A stretch of DNA of 31,805 nt from a virus. Its lineage: Duplodnaviria > Caudoviricetes. The translations under genes were made by a program, and so were the position numbers. The stretch lies in IMG/VR virus record IMGVR_UViG_3300043171_000116, positions 1-31,805 of that record. The stretch is one strand, 5' to 3'. The notes beneath the pieces were generated by a model. That model worked only from the letters and a program-made list of their open reading frames with translations. It searched no databases and was not told the DNA's origin. Every line of letters begins with the position of its first letter. Positions within the stretch are counted from its first letter, which is position 1. Below are positions 23,608 to 31,805 of the stretch, piece by piece.

Positions 23608-24384
23608 TTAATCCTCCACCACATGACCTTGTACTTTTGTTCTATAACTTGCGATCCCTGTTAGATTGTCCCTAACTGTTGCAACAAACGTATCCGCTGT
23701 ATTGCCGTCTAATCTTATTACTACACCCTGTTTAGATTGTCCAGCCCAAGTTATTCTTGATCGCATACCAAACGAACCTTGACCACCTGATCTAATAGGA
23801 TAAGCAACGTCAAACCCTTCCAGTGCAAAGTCTCCATTGTTAACAGCGTTAAATAAGTTATTACTTCCTATTCCGTTTTCTTTTCTGAAATACGTACCAT
23901 TTGCTAGTTCTGTAATATTACCATATAGCCCGTCATCACCCGAGGAAGACATAACCATACTTGTCATCATTCGAGTTATATCCCATCGTGTACCTGGCTT
24001 TGGTCTAACCATAAAGGGAATGTTTACACTTGCTCCGTTCTTATTCATGTCTATATCTAGTAAAGCACATCCGCTGTCTGTAGTAAAAGGGTAGTCTAAA
24101 GGTATTGATAACCCTATTGTATACTGATTCCCTGCTATTGGTGTTACTGATATAATTTCTGTTTGTGTTATTTTACTATCTTCTTGTAGGCATAAGAAAT
24201 CCCCTATTAATGGAGTTATCCCTGTTGATTCTACATCAATGGTTATATCGTCTTTTGCTGTATCAGCTATGATTATTATATTATCTAAGATTTCGCCTAA
24301 ATATAAACTTAATAGCTCGGAAGATTGATCTTGAATAGATACATCTAAACTATCACCTCGTACATTTCTAACATTATTCGGCAT
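23608..24384 (-). CDS. uncharacterised beta-rich protein, possibly virion-associated
   Basis: 258-aa ORF coupled to the head-closure gene; function not recognised. Confidence 0.7.
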   Translation of the reverse strand: MPNNVRNVRGDSLDVSIQDQSSELLSLYLGEILDNIIIIADTAKDDITIDVESTGITPLIGDFLCLQEDSKITQTEIISVTPIAGNQYTIGLSIPLDYPFTTDSGCALLDIDMNKNGASVNIPFMVRPKPGTRWDITRMMTSMVMSSSGDDGLYGNITELANGTYFRKENGIGSNNLFNAVNNGDFALEGFDVAYPIRSGGQGSFGMRSRITWAGQSKQGVVIRLDGNTADTFVATVRDNLTGIASYRTKVQGHVVED

Positions 24385-24385
24385 A

Positions 24386-24742
24386 CTAAGCCCCTTTTTT
24401 TCTTAAATAAACTGTTATCCAACCATAAGAGAATTGTGGTTTCCTTGGTCGTCCTGTTATTGAATAAACTACTGAGTCTATTGTAACTTCCCATGTAGCT
24501 AATATGTTTCTATTTGATGTGTTATCTTCTATTACTGCCTTGTATCTTGAATCGTCTTGTATCTGTTGACGTGCTGCAATCTGTGTTGGTGATAGGTCTA
24601 CAAAGTTACCACTAATTACAACAGGAGTTGCAGGAGTATATACGGGTTCATATGTTACTGGGTCTAAAGTTGTACCACCGCCAGCAGGATCTACAAAAGA
24701 CATAGATACTTGATTAGTATTTTGTATTAATCCTTTATACAT
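24386..24742 (-). CDS. head closure / head-tail adaptor (SPP1 gp16-like)
   Basis: Position; VTIDSVVYSITG beta pattern. Confidence 0.7.
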   Translation of the reverse strand: MYKGLIQNTNQVSMSFVDPAGGGTTLDPVTYEPVYTPATPVVISGNFVDLSPTQIAARQQIQDDSRYKAVIEDNTSNRNILATWEVTIDSVVYSITGRPRKPQFSYGWITVYLRKKGA

Positions 24743-25101
24743 TAATGATACCTCTTCTTAAGTGGCTTAAACTTTCTTAATTGTTGGTCTGATGTTGTTG
24801 AGTTGTCAGCGCTGCCTGTATCTCCATAAGAGACGCTTTCACCGTCAAACGATTGTGACTTAACATTCCCACCACCTAAGTTAATAGATCCCTCTGAGAG
24901 CATCAACCAAACTAATCTAGCATAGTATGGAGTGTAACCCTCTGGCAGTGTTTCACCTTCATCCTCATCTATTACTGTTGGCAAGATGTAACACTCTACT
25001 CGGCTTTGTGCTATAGGGTTGAATCGATCAATCTTTGTGTCATATGTATTGTCTGTTATATCTAACAGTTCCTTGATTTCTTCTGTAGTCATCCACGCCA
25101 T
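24742..25101 (-). CDS. head-tail connector (SPP1 gp15-like)
   Basis: MTTEEIKELLDITDNTYD...VKSQSFDGESVSY. Confidence 0.8.
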   Translation of the reverse strand: MAWMTTEEIKELLDITDNTYDTKIDRFNPIAQSRVECYILPTVIDEDEGETLPEGYTPYYARLVWLMLSEGSINLGGGNVKSQSFDGESVSYGDTGSADNSTTSDQQLRKFKPLKKRYH

Positions 25102-25105
25102 ATAA

Positions 25106-25351
25106 TTATGCCTCTTCTATTTTCTTCTTAAGTGTTTCAATACTATTTCTTTCAAGCTGTGAAGGTGATCCTAGACCAAGTTCATGAGCTTTTTTTACTA
25201 GATCTAATTTTTCGTTAGACGCTGTTTTCTGTTCTTTAACTTCTTTATATGGGTTAAGAGCTTGTATCTCTACAGGTATATCTATAACCCCATTGATTGA
25301 TTTATATGTTTTACCCTGATAAATATAATCAGTTTTCCATCTATGTTTCAT
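25106..25351 (-). CDS. small capsid-adjacent protein with C-terminal Rho-N/SAP-like helices (start revised)
   Basis: TAGGAG SD before MKHRWK; LVKKAHELGL...SIETLKKKIEE. Confidence 0.65.
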   Translation of the reverse strand: MKHRWKTDYIYQGKTYKSINGVIDIPVEIQALNPYKEVKEQKTASNEKLDLVKKAHELGLGSPSQLERNSIETLKKKIEEA

Positions 25352-25363
25352 TGGTTCTCCTAA

Positions 25364-25389
25364 TAAAGCCCCCAATTAAGGAGGCTATT
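25364..25389 (-). terminator. terminator-like hairpin after the major capsid gene
   Basis: AGCCTCC-loop-GGGGGCT followed by TTATT. Confidence 0.6.
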
Positions 25390-25391
25390 GT

Positions 25392-26468
25392 TTATGCGGT
25401 TATTGTAAAAACACCCATCTGACAAGAAGGATTAACTTCTACAGATATTTCTGCAACAACTTCAACTTCCATAAAGTCACCCTTTTTTCCTAAAGGAGTA
25501 GACTCTAATTGTCTTAGTGGTCTCCAAACAATATCAGAGCTATTCATTGCGTAGATCTTATCAACAGGAATGTTTACATCTGTTTTAATCTCTAACTGAA
25601 CACCGTTAAGAGTTAAGAACTCAACAGCTACAAAACCTCTTGTCTTTGTGCCGATATCTCTTCTGAAATAATCGTCATCAAATGCAGAGAATGTTTTCTG
25701 TGTTGCTGGATTCATCCATAATTGTTTAGGCTTTGCACCAATAACATCATACATATGTGAAATAAATGTAGAGATATTAGCACCGATGTTTGTACCAGAT
25801 GTAGCATAACCGTTAGCTGCAACATAATAAGCAACACCACCAGCAATTCTAGCAGTTGTATTATCTGCTGGATCTACTTTAAAAGTGTTCCATAAAAGAC
25901 TTGCTGAATCATCCCTGAAACCTTTAATTATCATTGCTATGTTTTCAATCATCTCTTGAGTACCGACTTCTTTGTCTGTCTTCATTTGAGTCATAGAAAC
26001 TTTTGCTGTCTCTCTCATAATTTGAGATACATTCTCAACTTTGATTTTAGGGTTTCTAGTTGTTAAAGAACCTTCTGAACCTTCTAATTGAGCATTAGAT
26101 ATAGCTGTAACTGTTGCGTTAATAGCTGCGTTTGCATCTGTCCCGTCTACTAATTCAACAGTAAGATTTAAAGCTGCAATACTAATAACTCTAAATACCA
26201 TTGCATCTACACCAACCATTGAGCCAGCTACAAAAGGAGCTACGGAATCAACTGCAAGTACACCGTCTGCTATTGTATAACCACCAGATAATTCAGTAGT
26301 TCTAGGTTTCTTCTTTTGTTCCCACCAGTGGAATTCAGATCTTCTTAAATTAGCACCTGTAGAGATTACATCAAATAATGTCTGTGGTGTTAAACTTGGT
26401 TGTAAGAACTTAGTTGAGAAATCTATTACATTCTCAATAGGATCATAACTTGTTACTATTGCCGCCAT
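25392..26468 (-). CDS. major capsid protein (HK97 fold, DUF5309-like)
   Basis: Position after scaffold; FHWWE, ENVSQIMRETAKVS, RIAGGV, LGKKGD; AGGAGG SD. Confidence 0.85.
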   Translation of the reverse strand: MAAIVTSYDPIENVIDFSTKFLQPSLTPQTLFDVISTGANLRRSEFHWWEQKKKPRTTELSGGYTIADGVLAVDSVAPFVAGSMVGVDAMVFRVISIAALNLTVELVDGTDANAAINATVTAISNAQLEGSEGSLTTRNPKIKVENVSQIMRETAKVSMTQMKTDKEVGTQEMIENIAMIIKGFRDDSASLLWNTFKVDPADNTTARIAGGVAYYVAANGYATSGTNIGANISTFISHMYDVIGAKPKQLWMNPATQKTFSAFDDDYFRRDIGTKTRGFVAVEFLTLNGVQLEIKTDVNIPVDKIYAMNSSDIVWRPLRQLESTPLGKKGDFMEVEVVAEISVEVNPSCQMGVFTITA

Positions 26469-26484
26469 TTAGCGCCTCCTGTTT

Positions 26485-27045
26485 TTATTCAAAGGCTTTG
26501 TTAAATGCACTCGGCATATTATCCACCTTTGTATTTCCATTTAAATTATCTCTACTACCACTTAGGGCGGTTTCAATCTTTTTAGTTTGACCTTCTTTTG
26601 CAGTTTCTATTCTGCCGTCTAAAAAGGTCTTGTATTTCTCAACAGATTCAACACTATTAAACTCTAGTGCTTCAATTTCTTCTGCTGTAAATCCTAATTC
26701 AAGAGCCTTAACTCTTACATTAAAATTATTCTCTTTCTTTGCAAACTCAGCCTTATTATTTAAGAAGTCATTTTGTGCATCTTCATGCGCTTTCTTTTCT
26801 TCTTGTACTAATCTCTCTGTTGTTTCCTTTTCTGTCTCGTTCGCTTTTAATAGCTCATCATATTGTGTTTTCTGTGTTGAATTAGCAGTATTTAAACCTG
26901 CGATCTCTTTCTTTTGAGTCTCGTTTGATTCAATTAGCCCTTTCATTGTTGCTTGTAACTCTTCCATTGTTGGAGTAGTTTCTTGCGCTTCTGTAGTTTC
27001 TGCTACTTCGCCTGTCCCATCGACCTGCTTTGTCTCATCTGCCAT
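26485..27045 (-). CDS. capsid scaffolding protein
   Basis: Acidic coiled-coil protein directly upstream of the capsid gene. Confidence 0.8.
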   Translation of the reverse strand: MADETKQVDGTGEVAETTEAQETTPTMEELQATMKGLIESNETQKKEIAGLNTANSTQKTQYDELLKANETEKETTERLVQEEKKAHEDAQNDFLNNKAEFAKKENNFNVRVKALELGFTAEEIEALEFNSVESVEKYKTFLDGRIETAKEGQTKKIETALSGSRDNLNGNTKVDNMPSAFNKAFE

Positions 27046-27073
27046 GTTAGCCCCTTCGCTTAAATTATGCTTA

Positions 27074-27102
27074 ATTATATACCTACACGCATGTTAAGTC
27101 AA
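27074..27102 (-). promoter_or_regulatory. strong promoter of the scaffold-capsid operon
   Basis: TTGACT-17 bp-TATAAT; operator-like sites at 27059-27074 and 27083-27098. Confidence 0.8.
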
Positions 27103-27118
27103 ATAAACGCTTGGACAT

Positions 27119-27186
27119 AAAAAATGCCCGACATAATCTAATATATCGGGCGTAGAGAAAAAGATATCTAAGGAGATAGATATGAT
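27119..27186 (-). ncRNA. candidate ~70-nt anti-SD small RNA with intrinsic terminator
   Basis: Own promoter (27192-27220), UCAUAUCUAUCUCCUUAG, terminator ACGCCCGA..TCGGGCAT followed by a T run; no ORF. Confidence 0.7.
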
Positions 27187-27191
27187 AATTT

Positions 27192-27220
27192 AGAATATAC
27201 TTTTTAGATGTGTTTGTCAA
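27192..27220 (-). promoter_or_regulatory. promoter of the small RNA
   Basis: TTGACA-17 bp-TATTCT. Confidence 0.75.
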
Positions 27221-27222
27221 AC

Positions 27223-28224
27223 TTACTTGAATAATACTTCACCATAACGATTAACTCTAAGGTTTTGCTTTTCTGCGTACTCTTTAAAGTTCTGAAACGG
27301 TACTACTTTATTTTTTCCTGTCTTAACGTCCCTTTGTATTCTTGATTCTGGCGGGAACTCTGGATCTAATGTTATTGTAGTAGATCTATCATTAATATCC
27401 CATTTAGCCACACCGGATCTATGAGCAAAAGCCCTTTGACCGTTAGGGAATAAAAACTTCCCTTCTTTATTAGCAATTTGACCGTCCATATTTGCACTCT
27501 GACTTCTTGTACGATCATCAAGAGTTTCTATCAATTGTAAGTCGCTCTCGACTATCGGCTGCTGGTTAATCCATTGGTCGGTTTCTGCTGTAGACCTCAT
27601 CCGTAAAACCTCAGTCCTTAGCGTCCTTGTCGTTCTATATGTTTGACCCTTTCTAAGTGCTTTATCTGCTATCCATTTACCACTAGAATCTCTATAACCT
27701 AATGTTATATCTAACTGTTTGTTTATGTTCGGCAAACTTAAGCCTTGCTCCACGCCACTTACAATATTAGTAAATACTTGTTCTATATCAATATTACGGC
27801 TAGTTTTCATCTTGGCAGCATTAATCAATTTAGATAGAGGGTAGTTAATAGCCTGTTCAAACTGTTTCTTTGTATATCGGGGCAATTTAACCAGGTAGCC
27901 TTCTGAGATACCCTCGTTGGTTATTGTATATAGTGATTCAAAGTAAGACGTTCTGTAATCTTCTGCATATACTTGTTTACTAAAATTATCTTTCTTCAAG
28001 TAGTCCGGTCTTAACTCTTCGTTTAGATCTTTAGCAAACTTTTCTGTTCTTCCTGCTCTGTCACTAAACCACTCGGTATTGTCACCAGCTTTATCAGTTA
28101 CTTTCATTGCAGCACGTTGGGATTTATCACGTATAGAGTCAAAGATAATAGCTATCTCGTTAATTATAGCCTTATCTCTTATAGTTCTAGCTCTAAATAT
28201 TTCATTCTCGTATTTATTTGGCAT
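27223..28224 (-). CDS. minor head morphogenesis protein (SPP1 gp7 / Mu gpF family)
   Basis: RTLRTEVLR, TLDDRTR, MDGQ, DINDRST (variant of NCRC); follows the portal. Confidence 0.85.
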   Translation of the reverse strand: MPNKYENEIFRARTIRDKAIINEIAIIFDSIRDKSQRAAMKVTDKAGDNTEWFSDRAGRTEKFAKDLNEELRPDYLKKDNFSKQVYAEDYRTSYFESLYTITNEGISEGYLVKLPRYTKKQFEQAINYPLSKLINAAKMKTSRNIDIEQVFTNIVSGVEQGLSLPNINKQLDITLGYRDSSGKWIADKALRKGQTYRTTRTLRTEVLRMRSTAETDQWINQQPIVESDLQLIETLDDRTRSQSANMDGQIANKEGKFLFPNGQRAFAHRSGVAKWDINDRSTTITLDPEFPPESRIQRDVKTGKNKVVPFQNFKEYAEKQNLRVNRYGEVLFK

Positions 28225-29684
28225 TACTCTTCCTCGTCAGTTAATCCAGCTAATACCCGTTTACGTTCCTCTTCTATCATCGGTTCTACTTCTTCCCATT
28301 TAAAACCAGCCGTTACATATGCAAGTTCTGGTGGTACTGTTACACCTGATTCTTTAAGCTGCTTTAATGTTGCTATCTTATCCTCTGGGACGTTGTGATT
28401 GAATATAACATTAAGATCTAAATAATCCATATTATTATCTGTGCTTAGTCCCTGGGTTAATACAAGTCTAAATAGTTCTCTATATGATTTTTTAAACTCC
28501 ATTTCTGTATTAACTGAGCTATCAATTAGTGGTTTAAGTTTCTGTCTAATCTGGTAAGCTGTAGCGTTTGCACCATCCGAACCTAAAGAGTTAGGGTTGT
28601 AAGAACTTGAAGATTCAAATATATCTTGCTCTAACATAATCATATGTTTACTTAACATCTCATAGCCTTTGTAGTCTTTAACCAACCAAGCCCAATCTCC
28701 AGCTAACATTCCGTAGTCCCTAAGTTGTCTAACCATCTTGTTAAACTCTTCTTTATCTATTTCGGCAGCCCCATCTTCATCTTTAGTTTTATCGTTTAAT
28801 ATTACATCGGCAAATGCTGAAAAAGTGGTACTGGCTTTTGATACTAATTCATCTCTTGCATCCTGAGAGTCTAGTGTTTTTTCTACATCTCCCAATCTTT
28901 CCGAGTTGTTAAAGAACTCCACTACTGGCACACCATTATATGTATGTGGCATTTGACCAGCTTGGTTTATCTCTGTTCCATCTACTACCAACGCTGGATA
29001 ATCTTGAGTGTTTGGCTTTAATAATTTGTTAGTTGTATCTGTAAAGAAAAACATATCTTCATTTTCATTTATGTAATTAACCTTGAATTGACCCACACTG
29101 TATGTGTTCCTGATCTCTTCTGTCGTGTTTTCCCACTGCATTACGCCAACTAATCTACCTGTTTTATCGTAGAAAGCTGCATAATCCCACGGCTCATATT
29201 CTGTATATGTTGTTATTCCTGTTATTTTGTCAGTAAATAATCTAATAGCTTTTGCACCATAAGCACAAGTAGAACCAACAAGATCAACATGTGTTGCCTC
29301 GAATGTATTAGCCTTCATAAATGTATTTACTTTATCAAGTGCAACGGTGTTTTCTGAAACAACTTCTATTCCTGATAAATAACCTGACTTGCTATTTGAT
29401 ATTATATTGGGATAATCTTTATGACTTTTCATGTTTAATTCATTATCAGATGTTAAGCCCTTACTCTGAGGTCTAGTAAATACAGGAACACCCGTTGCTT
29501 CCCTACCAAATGGTAGATGTGTTTTTGCTGGTATTAATTTTAATCTACCATCTACACCAAGTTGCTGGTTTTGACGCTTTGCAAATATATCATCCTTACT
29601 TACTTCGTCGAATAACTTCTTAATCTGTGTTAAATCACCATTGTTAATTTTCTCTATTGTTAAATCTGATAGTATATTATTCAT
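28224..29684 (-). CDS. portal protein (SPP1 gp6-like; start revised to MNNILS)
   Basis: PHTYNGVPVVEFFNN...GDVE motif; follows TerL. Confidence 0.9.
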   Translation of the reverse strand: MNNILSDLTIEKINNGDLTQIKKLFDEVSKDDIFAKRQNQQLGVDGRLKLIPAKTHLPFGREATGVPVFTRPQSKGLTSDNELNMKSHKDYPNIISNSKSGYLSGIEVVSENTVALDKVNTFMKANTFEATHVDLVGSTCAYGAKAIRLFTDKITGITTYTEYEPWDYAAFYDKTGRLVGVMQWENTTEEIRNTYSVGQFKVNYINENEDMFFFTDTTNKLLKPNTQDYPALVVDGTEINQAGQMPHTYNGVPVVEFFNNSERLGDVEKTLDSQDARDELVSKASTTFSAFADVILNDKTKDEDGAAEIDKEEFNKMVRQLRDYGMLAGDWAWLVKDYKGYEMLSKHMIMLEQDIFESSSSYNPNSLGSDGANATAYQIRQKLKPLIDSSVNTEMEFKKSYRELFRLVLTQGLSTDNNMDYLDLNVIFNHNVPEDKIATLKQLKESGVTVPPELAYVTAGFKWEEVEPMIEEERKRVLAGLTDEEE

Positions 29685-29721
29685 AATTACCCCTTGCGTC
29701 AATGCGCTTTGAATCTAGTTA

Positions 29722-29750
29722 AGCTTAACATAAGTATAGTACTTTGTCAT
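29722..29750 (-). promoter_or_regulatory. putative internal promoter of the portal gene
   Basis: ATGACA-17 bp-TAAGCT with extended TG; overlaps operator-like sites. Confidence 0.5.
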
Positions 29751-31021
29751 TAATCGTAAATATTGTAAGTCCTTCGACCTTTCTTTTTGATTCCAGATAG
29801 CCATGTAATAAGCCATACAAGAGCATCCAGCCTATTAGGTGACTTCTCTGTCGTTGGTTCCCATCCGGTTAATTCGTCCTCTAGCTCTGGGAAATCTCCT
29901 ATATGATGCACTCTGTTTTGAGCGTATAAAGCTGCTATAGGTTCGGCTCTAACTTCTTTACCTCTGGAAGCCCAAACACCCTTGTATGATATATTCTTAC
30001 GCTTTGCACGTATAATAGTTTCTATCATATCACCACCGTTATTACGCTCTCCAATGATTCTATCACCGTTTATCTTGTCATATTCCATTAATGCAGTATC
30101 AGCCCACTTGTCAGGAGATAACACCGCTGTTTTATCACTGTAAATATAATAATGCTCTATACCGTTTATCATTGCGCTACCACCGGATATAATACCACAC
30201 TCATCAGAGTTTTCATTGCTTGAAGCCGATGGATCTAAAGCAACACCACATTGTTTAAAGTCAGGATGTTCATAAACTCTATTATTATCTATCCAAGGTC
30301 TTTCCCATAATGCGTTATCGTTGTCATCAGTCCAGTCACCATCTCTGAATCGTTTCCGGTTTTTCCCTGTTAAATCATCAAGGTTATCAAGATAATCATT
30401 TGCTATATTTTCCATATTATCGGCTGGATTCATCTTTATAGTTTGATATTGGTCTGGTCTTCTATGTTTGGTTTTCTTCTCTGGATCAACCTTTTTGATA
30501 AACATCTCATATAACCAATGCTTCTTACTTGGAGGGTTACAGTCGAAATAATACTTAGTCCGAAGCTCATTCCCTGCTAATGTTAATACTTTCTGTGCTA
30601 ATCTTGACCGTGACATATCAAACGACATAAAACTAATCTGTGAAGCCTCATTGTAGTAGATTGTAGCAAACTCTAAACCTAATATCTTCTCTGTTCTGTC
30701 CTTATCATCTAATCCACCTATCCACACCTCTGATCCGTTGTCTAACTTAACAAAGAAGTCAGAACTATTTAATTTATAGTTGCCGCCTATTAGTTTCATA
30801 ACCTTTGGTAGAGTATCTAACCATACTGATTGTTTAACAGCGTTGAATCTATGTCTTAGTATTACATGCCTGGAATTAGGCGCACCCCATGCACGTTTAA
30901 CGATAGCATATATAAACCCGAATGTTTTACCGGATCTTGAACCGCCTAAACCAAGAGTATACTTTGCATCGTTCGATAATAGAGTTATTAATTCGTCTTG
31001 CTTTTCTGTTAGCTTTACAAT
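29750..31021 (-). CDS. terL: terminase large subunit (extended 74 codons upstream of the track ORF; no canonical start)
   Basis: KLTEKQ and Walker A GGSRSGKT are in frame upstream of Met 30799; Walker B IYYNEA, CNP, nuclease motifs ALDPS and PNRLDA. Confidence 0.9.
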   Translation of the reverse strand: MVKLTEKQDELITLLSNDAKYTLGLGGSRSGKTFGFIYAIVKRAWGAPNSRHVILRHRFNAVKQSVWLDTLPKVMKLIGGNYKLNSSDFFVKLDNGSEVWIGGLDDKDRTEKILGLEFATIYYNEASQISFMSFDMSRSRLAQKVLTLAGNELRTKYYFDCNPPSKKHWLYEMFIKKVDPEKKTKHRRPDQYQTIKMNPADNMENIANDYLDNLDDLTGKNRKRFRDGDWTDDNDNALWERPWIDNNRVYEHPDFKQCGVALDPSASSNENSDECGIISGGSAMINGIEHYYIYSDKTAVLSPDKWADTALMEYDKINGDRIIGERNNGGDMIETIIRAKRKNISYKGVWASRGKEVRAEPIAALYAQNRVHHIGDFPELEDELTGWEPTTEKSPNRLDALVWLITWLSGIKKKGRRTYNIYD

Positions 31022-31434
31022 AAGCCTGCATCCTTTGATGAAAAGATGACACTGGTTTTTACATCTACTATATGTTTATCTACAAATAGAGTTAAATACT
31101 TTCCTAATAATTCAAGAGCTTTTGTTTTATCACTTGCTCTATACTTATCATTCTCAGAATCACCTGTAAGCTCATAGAATGCCATTTCTGTTACATTGTC
31201 TATCCATTCCTTTTGAAGCTCTTCACGGTTATCTAGTAGCTCATTGATACGCTTTTTGATATATTCCTTAACGTGAACATATGTTAACAGTCTATATCCT
31301 GCCTCTTTTGCTGTTTTTGCACTATATCCTGCGGTTATTGCAGCATCAGATGCATTGAAGTTATTAGAGATATAGTCATTAGAGAATAGTAATTCTTTTG
31401 GTGTTAGTTCTTTATCTGTTAGCTTTTCGCTCAT
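31015..31434 (-). CDS. terS: terminase small subunit
   Basis: LTPKELLFSNDY..NASDAAITAGYSAKTA..GYRLL; KALELLGKYL. Confidence 0.92.
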   Translation of the reverse strand: MSEKLTDKELTPKELLFSNDYISNNFNASDAAITAGYSAKTAKEAGYRLLTYVHVKEYIKKRINELLDNREELQKEWIDNVTEMAFYELTGDSENDKYRASDKTKALELLGKYLTLFVDKHIVDVKTSVIFSSKDAGLL

Positions 31435-31585
31435 TCTCTAGCTCCTGGATTCTGTTTGTTAACGATACTAGTTTATCAAGCATGAAGGTTTCCTTTTGGC
31501 ATTCGCTTAAATACAAGAATGATTTTTTACCTCTTTCTTCAAACTCTTTAATTATATCCTCTATAGTATAGTCTTTATCGCTCAT
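31412..31585 (-). CDS. small hypothetical protein (57 aa, not in ORF track)
   Basis: TAAGGA SD; MSDKDYTIEDIIKEF... Confidence 0.55.
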   Translation of the reverse strand: MSDKDYTIEDIIKEFEERGKKSFLYLSECQKETFMLDKLVSLTNRIQELENERKANR

Positions 31586-31597
31586 AGTTCTATATCC

Positions 31598-31804
31598 TTA
31601 TTCATTTATTACCTCGATTAGCTCTAAAAATTTACTCATGTTTGTATCCATTAAACCTTGTGTTAAATCCAGCTCCTTAACTCTCTCTTCTAGCTCTATG
31701 TTTTTATTGGTTAGCTCTACTATTTTACGCCACGTAAACTCTGCCATTGCATTAGAGAAATAAATATCGTGGTCTGAATCATCTGGTAGTATATTATCAT
31801 ATTC
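31598..31804 (-). CDS. partial hypothetical coiled-coil protein, 5' end outside the window
   Basis: Open frame EYDNILPDD...IEVINE*; resembles the downstream small gene in style. Confidence 0.5.
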   Translation of the reverse strand, partial: EYDNILPDDSDHDIYFSNAMAEFTWRKIVELTNKNIELEERVKELDLTQGLMDTNMSKFLELIEVINE

Positions 31805-31805
31805 T

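Noticed and set aside
7136-30999. Antisense ORFs 7136, 8029, 10200, 12428, 14117, 14227, 14806, 18741, 18895, 21891, 23837, 26630, 28079, 28117 and 30780
   Set aside because: Opposite to real genes; S/F/L-rich composition typical of reverse-complemented K/E-rich coding sequence
1-31805. Stop-codon reassignment
   Set aside because: Long genes are intact in the standard code, and TAA, TAG and TGA all end full-length genes
31780-31805. Exact circular closure of the window
   Set aside because: No terminal repeat seen; joining the ends gives ATA rather than ATG after the RBS, so some sequence is probably missing

Overview
This window is most or all of a low-GC (visibly AT-rich) tailed dsDNA phage genome of siphovirus type. 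The minus strand carries a morphogenesis series: TerS, TerL, SPP1-type portal, minor head protein, scaffold, major capsid, head-tail joining genes, tail tube, frameshifted tail chaperones, tape measure, Dit/Tal-like genes and a tail fibre. It also carries a lysis cassette (C39-like endolysin, holin, overlapped spanin-like pair) and a recombination module (Sak3/DUF1071, NinB-like, HNH, SSB, RusA). Three plus-strand islands of small genes, each with its own sigma70-type promoter, are interspersed among these blocks. I could not recognise an integrase, CI-type repressor, helicase, primase, tRNA or CRISPR array. The most notable observations are: (i) a C4/CI-like cloverleaf antisense RNA with complementary boxes on both sides, ahead of an attenuator and a stand-alone CCA-enzyme-type HD phosphohydrolase; (ii) a self-contained ~70-nt sRNA unit with an anti-Shine-Dalgarno sequence matching a phage RBS; (iii) a multi-pass membrane protein ending in a LuxR-type HTH; (iv) a palindromic operator CTTAAC-N4-GTTAAG at most late promoters; (v) a nearly fully overlapped spanin-like gene pair; and (vi) a TerL lacking a canonical start codon. 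All product calls come from motif recognition by eye and gene order; no database searches were run.
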